IMG/VR virus record: IMGVR_UViG_3300029258_001393
Coordinates: 1 to 63,515 of that record
Strand: one strand, 5' to 3'
Length of the DNA stretch: 63,515 nt
Source of the DNA: a virus
Part shown: positions 32,762 through 41,001 of the stretch, piece after piece
How the letters are laid out: each line of letters opens with the position of its first letter
Position numbering within the stretch: position 1 is the stretch's first letter
The notes under the pieces: model-generated
Told to the model about the DNA's origin: nothing
What the model saw: the letters and a program-made list of their open reading frames with translations, nothing else
Databases searched by the model: none
Translations under genes and position numbers: made by a program

Positions 32762-34711
32762 ATGTTTAAAACTTACAATATTGCGAATTTACCGCCGGAC
32801 ACAGACAAGGAAGCGGTTGGAAAGTTCGGCCAGCTTCTATTCGAAGATGCCCAAAGGGAAAAGGAGCGCCAGGGACTTCCGCACAAGTGGACACACGCAT
32901 ACGCCATGTATCGAGGCGACCACTGGCAAAAAGGCGCGGCCTTTCGCAAGAAAAGCAAGTCAAAGGTTACGGTCAACCTGTTTTTTACCAACGTCATACG
33001 AACCGTATCCAACATAACCGCCCGGCGTCCGGTGGCCGAAGTCGTTGACCTTGAATCCGGTGAAGACAATGCGGATATGGCCTTGACCGCCCGTAATCGT
33101 AAATGGTGGAAAGAGACCAAACAGCAAGTCAAGCTCAAAGAAACCGCCCTCAAGATGGAAAAGTACGGAATCACCGTCGAGCATCCGGTGTGGATGGGCA
33201 AGAAAAACGATTGCGACATTGTTGTCATGGATTGTTTTGCCTGTTTCCCGGCACCCGGTAACTGGAAGAATTTTGATGAGGATTGCCCGTATTTTTGCAA
33301 AGCGTTTGCCGAAAACTGCGATGTGCTGGAAAAACGATACGGATTAGATCCGGGAACGATTAAACCTGACGAAGTTTATTCTTCCATGGGAGAGGCCAGG
33401 TCCGAGACCCGCCCCGTACCGACAGACACCTATCCGGGATCGGTGGCCGCAGCCGGGAATTATACAGATCCAAACATGCACCCGGTTGTGGATGGAAGTA
33501 CCTATCTTCAGAAAAGAGCTCTTGTCGTAGAGTTGTGGGTGCGAGATCCCTATACCAAGACAACTACCTCCGAGAATGTAGTGGGCGAGGACCTTGAGGG
33601 CAACCCGGTTATTGAGAAAACCACGAAAAAGAAATACCCGGACGATATCCGGCGAATCCTTTTCACCAATCAAGGGCAATTGGTTTTAGAGGACACGCCT
33701 AATCCAAATATAAACTGGGCACTACCGATGGACCGGGTAAAAGAAACTCACGCATGGGGGAGATTCCCTTTCTATAAAGTCAATTCGTACCTTGATACCA
33801 CATCGCCATGGGGATTCAGTGCACTCGATCAAGTGGGAGATCTCAATAAAAAGGTTGATGAAATCATGTCGCGTCTTTTGGCATGGGTTATGCGGGTCAT
33901 GTTTCCGCCGCTGATCGTGGCAAAAGAGACCGGATTGACAAAAGCCATGATCAACTCTGATCCGAACCGGGTCTATATGGTTGAAAAGGTGGCGCATGTC
34001 AACGGTATTCGATTTGAGCCGGTACCGAATCTGCCGAGCAACTTCATTGAGATATTGAACCTCGTTTTAACATTCTTTGACCGTATTTACCAGATTGAAG
34101 ACGCTGATCGCGGTGTAGGCCCCAGGGGAGTCGTTGCCGCTTCCGCTATTGTCGCCCTTCAGGAGCGAAACGCCGTACTGATTCAAGAGAAGATTATCGC
34201 CGTTGACGGTTTGGTGGAGAACAGGGGCAAGTGGAAAATCTCAATGGATCAGAACTTTGGATTCATTAAGGAACCGATTGAGGTTGACGGTGACCGAATG
34301 GATTTCCGGGGAACTGATCTTGTAGGCCGAAAGTTTAACTTTGTGGTTGAATCCGGGTCCACCATGCCGAGGACATCATTACAGGTCGAAGAACAGGCCA
34401 AGGATCTTTATGATAAAGGCGCAATTGACAGGCAAGCCCTTCTTGAAGCGTTGAACTTCCCGAACTGGAAGAAGATTATCGAACGTGCCGGCGAGGGCCA
34501 GGTTGACCAGGCATTGCAGATTCTAATCGCTGCGGGTCTGGATGAAGAAACGGCATATGCTTTGAAACAATATGTCATGCAGCCGGATCAAGGCCCGGGT
34601 GGGTCAAAAGAAAAATCCGGTGTTGAGTCTGTTGGGAAACCCAAAGGCATACAGGGGAAAACGCCTCCGGCGGGTGTTAGGCAGAATCCGGCGGTGGGGA
34701 AAGGGGTATAG
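32762..34711 (+). CDS. portal protein candidate
   Basis: 649 aa. Lies upstream of scaffold and capsid. Gly/Pro-rich basic C-terminal tail. No search possible. Confidence 0.55.
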   Translation: MFKTYNIANLPPDTDKEAVGKFGQLLFEDAQREKERQGLPHKWTHAYAMYRGDHWQKGAAFRKKSKSKVTVNLFFTNVIRTVSNITARRPVAEVVDLESGEDNADMALTARNRKWWKETKQQVKLKETALKMEKYGITVEHPVWMGKKNDCDIVVMDCFACFPAPGNWKNFDEDCPYFCKAFAENCDVLEKRYGLDPGTIKPDEVYSSMGEARSETRPVPTDTYPGSVAAAGNYTDPNMHPVVDGSTYLQKRALVVELWVRDPYTKTTTSENVVGEDLEGNPVIEKTTKKKYPDDIRRILFTNQGQLVLEDTPNPNINWALPMDRVKETHAWGRFPFYKVNSYLDTTSPWGFSALDQVGDLNKKVDEIMSRLLAWVMRVMFPPLIVAKETGLTKAMINSDPNRVYMVEKVAHVNGIRFEPVPNLPSNFIEILNLVLTFFDRIYQIEDADRGVGPRGVVAASAIVALQERNAVLIQEKIIAVDGLVENRGKWKISMDQNFGFIKEPIEVDGDRMDFRGTDLVGRKFNFVVESGSTMPRTSLQVEEQAKDLYDKGAIDRQALLEALNFPNWKKIIERAGEGQVDQALQILIAAGLDEETAYALKQYVMQPDQGPGGSKEKSGVESVGKPKGIQGKTPPAGVRQNPAVGKGV

Positions 34712-34969
34712 ATGAGACAAGCAAAAATTCAATATAAATGTCGTAATTGTGGCGCTGTTTTTGAAGATGATCTTTTTGTAACTGAAGAAATGGCCAATAT
34801 TGTTTTGGCGGCTATTGTAGAGCTGAAACAATTACCGACAGTGGGCTGCACAACACCGCCTTATTTTCCTTCAATATACTCCATTCATGTGTGCAAGGAA
34901 ACAGATGATGAAGTTCAAAAGGGTATTGCGGAAGTAATAGGCTATAGAATCCAAAAGGAAGGAGTATAA
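34712..34969 (+). CDS. hypothetical protein (85 aa) with a CxxC motif
   Basis: ATG directly follows the portal TAG in the same frame. CRNCG. Confidence 0.5.
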   Translation: MRQAKIQYKCRNCGAVFEDDLFVTEEMANIVLAAIVELKQLPTVGCTTPPYFPSIYSIHVCKETDDEVQKGIAEVIGYRIQKEGV

Positions 34970-34970
34970 A

Positions 34971-35267
34971 TTGCCTATTTATGAATACGAGTGTCAAGCC
35001 TGCGGAAACATCGACGAGCTAATCGAAATAAAATACAACAGCTCAAAGTTTAAGAAATGCTCCGAGTGCGGTGGCCGGTCAAAACGGATTATCTCCGCCG
35101 GTGCTATTCATACGGATACCCCGAGCTGGATCAATGATGAACTCAGAGGGAGTATCCAGGGTGATGATGAGCGACCGATTGTGAACCGTAAGGATCTGGC
35201 CGAGGTTGTGGCCAAGAAAAAGATCGAGCCCATTGAAAAAGGACATCGAAATCTAAGGATGATATAA
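34971..35267 (+). CDS. FmdB-family zinc-ribbon protein
   Basis: MPIYEYECQACGN...CSECGG is the classic FmdB/CxxC_CxxC_SSSS signature. TTG start. Confidence 0.75.
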   Translation: MPIYEYECQACGNIDELIEIKYNSSKFKKCSECGGRSKRIISAGAIHTDTPSWINDELRGSIQGDDERPIVNRKDLAEVVAKKKIEPIEKGHRNLRMI

Positions 35268-35473
35268 TGGGATTACTTGACAGAGCGAGAAAGAAGATAA
35301 GCAAAACCGTCGAGAATTTACGACCAATGAAACGGTTGTCCGAGGGTTTGGGCGGTGGACCGTCGAATAAACCCAAGGTGACGCCGGCCAGTAAGCGCAA
35401 AAAGGTTAAGCCTAAAGGTGAAGGTACTATTTTCAGAGGGAAAGACGGAAAGCTTTATCGCCGCGCCGAATAA
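35267..35473 (+). CDS. small, very basic protein (68 aa)
   Basis: Lys/Arg-rich (KPKVTPASKRKKVKPKGEG). TAATG overlap. Confidence 0.5.
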   Translation: MGLLDRARKKISKTVENLRPMKRLSEGLGGGPSNKPKVTPASKRKKVKPKGEGTIFRGKDGKLYRRAE

Positions 35474-35523
35474 CAGATTTTTTAGAAGGAAACAGACAGG
35501 CAGTAGATAGAAAGGAGATAGAC

Positions 35524-35853
35524 ATGATAGTAAAGGTAGAAAGGTATTCAGGAAGAGAGGAATATATTATGATTGACAATATTAAAGAGGTTCACAAGTC
35601 TAACGGATTTGACAATGCCGAACCTTTAAGGGCGACAGACATTTTAATTCAGGATTGTGGCGAACAGGTATCAAACGTAGTTGGGGGCGCAACCTGTATG
35701 GAGGCATGCAAAATGCGCTTGAACTGCGTCAAGAATGACGGTTCAGAGATTGATATAATTTTTGATACAGTTGCTTATATTCTTAACGATAACGGTAAGA
35801 CCATAGAGCGTGTTTTGGCGAATCAAAGAAGTGTAATGTGCTCAAACGAATAG
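35524..35853 (+). CDS. hypothetical protein (109 aa)
   Basis: AAAGGAG SD. Confidence 0.5.
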   Translation: MIVKVERYSGREEYIMIDNIKEVHKSNGFDNAEPLRATDILIQDCGEQVSNVVGGATCMEACKMRLNCVKNDGSEIDIIFDTVAYILNDNGKTIERVLANQRSVMCSNE

Positions 35854-35890
35854 AATAAACCTACTGTCTGTTTGTTTTTTAAGGTTTAAC

Positions 35891-35982
35891 ATAACGGATA
35901 CTTTTTAATCCCGAGAGGGATATTAAACAGCCCGGATGGAATGGATAATGCGAAGGCACCCATTTTATACCGGGCTTTTTTA
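35891..35982 (+). promoter_or_regulatory. conserved intergenic element A (motif + small hairpin + terminator-like stem-loop)
   Basis: ATAACGGATACTTTTTAATCC, hairpin ATCCC-gaga-GGGAT, then AGCCCGG...CCGGGCT followed by TTTTTT. Upstream of the scaffold and capsid genes. Confidence 0.6.
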
Positions 35983-36064
35983 TTAACACTTAACGAAGGG
36001 GTAGCTTGAAATACAGTCCCTAACCACAGGGTAGCCGTATAACGGTCCTGAAAGAGAGGCAAAG

Positions 36065-36853
36065 ATGCCAGGAACCAAAGACGACGAAGGAACGAAAAAG
36101 GTTGCTCCCGTTGACGAACCCAATAACAAGGATGCCCCGGCAAAGCCGGACAAGCAACCTGATGAGGGTAAGAAAAAGGAAGAGCAAACCTTTGGTCAAT
36201 TCAAAACTGCTGAAGAGCTTGCAAAAGGCTATTCCGATCTTGAGAAGAAGTTCGGAACTCAGGGCAAGGAGTTAGGGACCCTGAGAAATGAAGTCGCTCA
36301 ACACCGTGCGGCCTTGGCCGAGAGGGACAAAGCCGACAAGCAGAAACAGGAACCGATCACCGATTATGACGCAAAGCTCAATGAGATTTACGAAAAATTG
36401 GAGGTCGGGGATATTTCAGTCACGGAAGCGGTGAAACAGTCCAATGCGTTGACCGCCGAAATGACCATGGCGAAAGCCGTTGCCGAGTCCAACAAGCGCA
36501 CACAGGAGATTCTAATCGACAAGGACGCTGAAACCGCCGAATCAGAGTGGCACAGAGACCATCCGGACTATGCCGAGGTTGTGGCCTCCGGGGTATTACA
36601 GCCCTATATCGACAAGAATCCTATCCTGGTCGATGAGACCGTTGCCTATTTTCAGTACAAGGCCGATCAGCGCTTTGAAGAGGGCAAGGCCGAAGCCGAA
36701 AGAATTGCCAAGGGAGCCGATATCGCGGACACCGTTGTCAAAGAACCTGGGGGTTTAGCACCAAGAACACCAACTAGGCAAGAACCCCTGTCCGAAGACA
36801 AAATGCTTGCAGCGCAAATGGAAACGCTGAAGAAAATGAGGGGTCAGGCTTAG
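36065..36853 (+). CDS. scaffolding protein candidate
   Basis: 262 aa, highly charged Lys/Glu/Ala-rich helical protein immediately upstream of the capsid gene. Confidence 0.55.
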   Translation: MPGTKDDEGTKKVAPVDEPNNKDAPAKPDKQPDEGKKKEEQTFGQFKTAEELAKGYSDLEKKFGTQGKELGTLRNEVAQHRAALAERDKADKQKQEPITDYDAKLNEIYEKLEVGDISVTEAVKQSNALTAEMTMAKAVAESNKRTQEILIDKDAETAESEWHRDHPDYAEVVASGVLQPYIDKNPILVDETVAYFQYKADQRFEEGKAEAERIAKGADIADTVVKEPGGLAPRTPTRQEPLSEDKMLAAQMETLKKMRGQA

Positions 36854-36877
36854 TTCTCACTATAGGAGAATTTAACG

Positions 36878-37846
36878 ATGGCACTTACATTAGATGAACT
36901 TAACGCGACAACTTTAGACTATTGGGAAAGAACGACTACTGATATTTACTTTCTCGATAACGTACTGCTTTGGAAACTGCTAGGAAATGGCAACCTCGAC
37001 AACGAGCTTGTCAAGGCCCATGAAACCGTTGACGGCGGTATGATGATTCGAGTTCCGCTCGAATACGCAGAATCCAACAGCGGATCTTATGGAAACGTCA
37101 CAAGGATTGACCAGGGGAAGGTTGACCTTGCCAATGCCGCTCGGTTCAGATGGGCGGGGTATTTTTCAAGTAACACCATTGACCTTAACGACAAAATCAA
37201 GAATGCCGGTGATGCCGCAATGATCAACCTGGCCAACCTGAAGATTAAAAATATCCAGAAAACCATCCGGAAAAAGATGGGGACGGATATTTACGCTTCT
37301 GCAGCGGATAGTTATTCATTCCTCGGCCTGGGAAACCTGTTTAGCACGGTAACGGCAACCGCATACGGTTCAATCGCAGAGGATGATATGGCCGATTGGA
37401 AGGCGAATCTTATTGATACCGCCGAGGCAATCAACTTCAAGAACCTTCAGAAGTGCCGTCGAACCCCGAATATCGGCCAGAACGATAAGGATAAGCCGAA
37501 CCTGTATATCACCACGGATCTTTTGAAGGACGGTTTTGAAAGAACCCTTCAGGTCCAGGCGCGGTATAAAGATGTGGATATGGCCGATGCTGGATTTGAG
37601 AATGTTCTTTTCAAGGGTCAGCCGGTTGTGGCCGATGATCGCCAGACCGCTGGGTACTGCGATTGCTTGAATACTCGATATCTGAGGCTTCGAGCGCACA
37701 GTATGTATAACTTTACGCCTCCGGTGTGGAAAGCCAACAACGATCAGCCCGATGTGTGGACGGCGGATCAGCGGTTCATGGGGCAGTTGACCACGAACCA
37801 CAGAAAGGCCCATGTACGGCACACGAATTTTGATGAGCCTGCGTAA
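36878..37846 (+). CDS. major capsid protein candidate
   Basis: 322 aa, AGGAG SD. Follows the scaffold and is followed by a perfect 10-bp hairpin. No motif-level proof. Confidence 0.55.
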   Translation: MALTLDELNATTLDYWERTTTDIYFLDNVLLWKLLGNGNLDNELVKAHETVDGGMMIRVPLEYAESNSGSYGNVTRIDQGKVDLANAARFRWAGYFSSNTIDLNDKIKNAGDAAMINLANLKIKNIQKTIRKKMGTDIYASAADSYSFLGLGNLFSTVTATAYGSIAEDDMADWKANLIDTAEAINFKNLQKCRRTPNIGQNDKDKPNLYITTDLLKDGFERTLQVQARYKDVDMADAGFENVLFKGQPVVADDRQTAGYCDCLNTRYLRLRAHSMYNFTPPVWKANNDQPDVWTADQRFMGQLTTNHRKAHVRHTNFDEPA

Positions 37847-37870
37847 GGTTGTGTAAGGTTTGAATAACTC

Positions 37871-37900
37871 CGACTGGGTAGCGCAACTGTTACCCAGTCG
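37871..37900 (+). terminator. perfect 10-bp stem-loop after the capsid gene (attenuator or RNA-stability element)
   Basis: CGACTGGGTA-gcgcaactgt-TACCCAGTCG. No U-tract follows. Confidence 0.45.
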
Positions 37901-37930
37901 TAAATAACCATTATTATAAGGAGAACCAAC

Positions 37931-38290
37931 ATGGATGAAGACATCAGATTTCCAGTACATCTTTTAGGCGTTGCCGGAGTTGAAACGCTACCCTTCATAT
38001 GCCCGTACAGATGCACGGTACGGGACTTGATCGGGGTTGTTGACGCTGATCCCGGCGACGACGAAACCGTAACGCTTACCAATAACACTCAATCCGTGAC
38101 CTTGGGAGTATTGCTTTTTGGCAATGATATTGCGGCCAACACAGCGCATGTATCATGGACGCCGGACGCCACAAACGGGAATACAGTTTGTGAAGAGGGC
38201 GACATTCTCTTGTTTACGACTTCGGATTGTGCGGCCATTGCGGTATTCAACATGATCCTCGAACTTGATCCAAAGTGTAGAGTGCCCTGA
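37931..38290 (+). CDS. hypothetical head or connector protein (119 aa)
   Basis: AAGGAG SD. Late operon. Confidence 0.5.
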   Translation: MDEDIRFPVHLLGVAGVETLPFICPYRCTVRDLIGVVDADPGDDETVTLTNNTQSVTLGVLLFGNDIAANTAHVSWTPDATNGNTVCEEGDILLFTTSDCAAIAVFNMILELDPKCRVP

Positions 38291-38952
38291 TGAAAAGCCG
38301 TGAATTAATAGAACGTGTCAAGGAAAAGATCCACGATGCGTCCTTTACGCCCAAGAGGATTCTTGACAAGCTCAACAAAGGCGTCGGGAGGATCGCCAAC
38401 CTGGTTGATCTTCCCGACCTTAAATCGTCTGACACGGTTGAAACGAGTACAGACCCGTATGTTTCCCTGCCGTCTGATGAGGGTAATGTCTTCCACAAGA
38501 AAGACAAAAGCCTTTTCTTTGTTTCGAGCGCCAGCCAAGACAATGAGGTTTACATCGAAGAATCGTGGATCAAATTCTTGGGCAAGTGGCCGACCCTCGA
38601 TGATGCGGGAGACGTTCAACAGGTGTGCGTTCGCGCAAGCCGGTTGTATTTTCAGCCGATCCCGTCGGATGCGGACACGTTGACGCTTCATTTTTTCAGG
38701 CGCCCGGTGGCCATGACCGCCAATTCAGACGATGAGCCGGACGGTATTCCAGAAGACTTACAGGAAGACCTTTTGGTTAATTTCGCCTGTTGGGATATTT
38801 TTTCGGAGAAAGAAGACGAAGACGGAAAGACCCCTGAAACGGATAAATACCAAAGGTTGTTTGCCCAGGCGCTTGCCGAACTGAAGATGTTTGTAGGTCC
38901 GAGAGATGCCAAACCGGATTATTACGATTATAACGAAGAGGATTTTATATGA
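38290..38952 (+). CDS. hypothetical head-tail connector protein (220 aa)
   Basis: TGATG junction with the upstream gene. Call rests on position only. Confidence 0.5.
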   Translation: MKSRELIERVKEKIHDASFTPKRILDKLNKGVGRIANLVDLPDLKSSDTVETSTDPYVSLPSDEGNVFHKKDKSLFFVSSASQDNEVYIEESWIKFLGKWPTLDDAGDVQQVCVRASRLYFQPIPSDADTLTLHFFRRPVAMTANSDDEPDGIPEDLQEDLLVNFACWDIFSEKEDEDGKTPETDKYQRLFAQALAELKMFVGPRDAKPDYYDYNEEDFI

Positions 38953-39191
38953 CTGACGAAGAAAAACCCAAGATGCCGGAATTAACCCCGGAGCAAAAAG
39001 CGGCGATGGAAACCGTTAAAAATAGTGTTTCCAAGTTCAATCAGGTCGTGTCCTTCTACCTTTTTAATCAGCTTCAAATGATTAACGATGGAGAGATCCA
39101 TATTTCTTTAACGGTTAAGAATCGACAGATCGATAACATTGAACTGCACTCACGGATGTCAAGGAAGATGGTTAATGGCCAAAAAGATTAG
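38949..39191 (+). CDS. hypothetical protein (80 aa)
   Basis: ATGA overlap. Confidence 0.45.
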   Translation: MTDEEKPKMPELTPEQKAAMETVKNSVSKFNQVVSFYLFNQLQMINDGEIHISLTVKNRQIDNIELHSRMSRKMVNGQKD

Positions 39192-40104
39192 ACTCTTTAC
39201 CGGGTCCACAGGGCTAAACACCCAAGAAGATCCGGCAAGGATTCAATATAACACCAAGACAGGCGTTCAGGAACTTGCTGCTTGCGAGAATATTGATATC
39301 AGCGACGACGGAAGGATATCAAGACGCAAGGGATTTACGCAGCAGGTTGATTTGTCTGGATGCCACAGTTTGTTTTGTGAGGGCAGGGATTGTCTTTTTG
39401 TCCATGGCGACGCGCTTTGTGTGCTGAATAAGGATTACAGCTATACCGCAATCCGGAATGTTACGCCTAATGCACGGCTCAGATGCCGACAGGTGGATGA
39501 TATCGTTTATTACTGTAATGGGTTTGAGCGCGGATATGTCTTTGAAGGCACAAGCTACGGCTGGAATATGCCGACTTATTACGGTCCTGTTACCACAAAA
39601 GCGTTTACCGATCCTCCTATAGGCACTGACCTCGAGTATTATGCCGGGCGTATGTTTGTTGTTCAGGGCAAGATCGTGCCGTATAGCGAACTGTTTGACA
39701 TTTCGACATTTGAGCGCAAAAGCTATCTTCCGTTCGACCGTGAAGTCGTGATGTTTAAAGCGGTTAAGGACGGTATTTATGTTAGCACCGATAAAGAGAC
39801 CTTGTTTTTATCCGGAAACGACGCCAAAGCTTTGGATATCACAAAAATTGCCGATTACCCGGCGATCAAGTGGACTGAGGTTAAAATTATCGGTCGCCTA
39901 ATTTTTACCAAGGACGGAAACGCCATGATTTTAGACAAGGGCGGAAGTGCCTGCCTGTTGTGGCTGTCCAAAGAAGGTGTTTGCTTTGGTGGTCCTGGCG
40001 GCGAGTTCGTTAATTTAACCGAGCATAAGGTTGATTTGCCAACCGCTTTAACCGGATGCGGTTTTATGTACGATCACAGATATATCGGAATTATGGACCC
40101 ATAA
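39175..40104 (+). CDS. hypothetical tail structural protein (309 aa)
   Basis: ATG 39175 preceded by AAGGAAG. The longer track start is not supported. Confidence 0.5.
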   Translation: MAKKIRLFTGSTGLNTQEDPARIQYNTKTGVQELAACENIDISDDGRISRRKGFTQQVDLSGCHSLFCEGRDCLFVHGDALCVLNKDYSYTAIRNVTPNARLRCRQVDDIVYYCNGFERGYVFEGTSYGWNMPTYYGPVTTKAFTDPPIGTDLEYYAGRMFVVQGKIVPYSELFDISTFERKSYLPFDREVVMFKAVKDGIYVSTDKETLFLSGNDAKALDITKIADYPAIKWTEVKIIGRLIFTKDGNAMILDKGGSACLLWLSKEGVCFGGPGGEFVNLTEHKVDLPTALTGCGFMYDHRYIGIMDP

Positions 40105-40114
40105 ACAAAATATT

Positions 40115-40191
40115 ATAACGGATACTTTTTGATCCTCTTTAAGAGGACCCCAAACGGCCCGATTGAGATGTATTTCTCATTCGGGCTTTTT
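40115..40191 (+). promoter_or_regulatory. conserved intergenic element B (motif + small hairpin + terminator-like stem-loop)
   Basis: ATAACGGATACTTTTTGATCC, hairpin TCCTCTT-ta-AGAGGA, then GCCCGATTGAGA...TCTCATTCGGGC followed by TTTTT, 19 nt before ATG 40210. Confidence 0.6.
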
Positions 40192-40209
40192 ATTTGAAAG
40201 GAGAACAAA

Positions 40210-40968
40210 ATGGCTTTACGACTTTCAACAGGATTGAGAAATTTAATGCTTGGCGGGCAGGCAACGGTGACCGCAATTACCACAGGAAGTGATGCGTCAA
40301 TCGAATTGAATATTACTGGTGGTGATGACACCATTACCAGGGATGCAGGCAGTTGGATCACTGACGGATTTGTAGCTGGGGATATAATCAAAGTAACAGG
40401 GTGTACTACAGCCGCCAATGATACAGCACTTACCGACCTTCGGATCAAAACTGTGGCTGCGCTGACATTGACTTTCGATGGTGCGGTTATTAATACGGAC
40501 GAAGCACTTGCCGCCGCAGGCGTTATTTGTGCCGCCAAGGGTGGATGCCTGAAAGACATTTTCAGGAATGGTATTCTGTATATCTATACCGGTTCCCAGC
40601 CTGCTACGGCTGACACCGCCGCTTCGGGTACGAATGTTGTAAAAATTACCGATTCTTCCGGTGCGTGGGTTGCCGGTGCCGAGGCCAACGGCCTTGAATT
40701 TGGCGATTATTCAGCCGGAACTTTATCGAAATGCGCGGATCAAACATGGTCCGGGGTTGGTATTGGTGGCGGTGGTACAGCCGGATGGTTCAGGCTTTGT
40801 GCCAATGCGACAGATGCCGGAGCCCTTAGTACCACATTGCCGAGAATTGATGGAAGTATCGGAACAAGCGGTGCAAACCTGAATATGTCCAGTACAACCA
40901 TTGTGGACGATGCCACTTACACCATTGATACGTTTACGCTGACATTGCCGTTGCAGTACGGTTCCTAA
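40210..40968 (+). CDS. structural protein (252 aa), probably abundant
   Basis: AAAGGAG SD. Preceded by element B. Gly/Ala/Thr-rich. Confidence 0.55.
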   Translation: MALRLSTGLRNLMLGGQATVTAITTGSDASIELNITGGDDTITRDAGSWITDGFVAGDIIKVTGCTTAANDTALTDLRIKTVAALTLTFDGAVINTDEALAAAGVICAAKGGCLKDIFRNGILYIYTGSQPATADTAASGTNVVKITDSSGAWVAGAEANGLEFGDYSAGTLSKCADQTWSGVGIGGGGTAGWFRLCANATDAGALSTTLPRIDGSIGTSGANLNMSSTTIVDDATYTIDTFTLTLPLQYGS

Positions 40969-41001
40969 TCTTAATCTTTTTCAAACGAAAGGGGTTAAGT
41001 T

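Noticed and set aside
38949-39191. Programmed -1 frameshift between 38949..39191 and the overlapping 39175..40104 gene (tail-chaperone style).
   Set aside because: No canonical slippery heptamer is present (only CCAAAAAG). The downstream gene has its own ATG and SD-like AAGGAAG.
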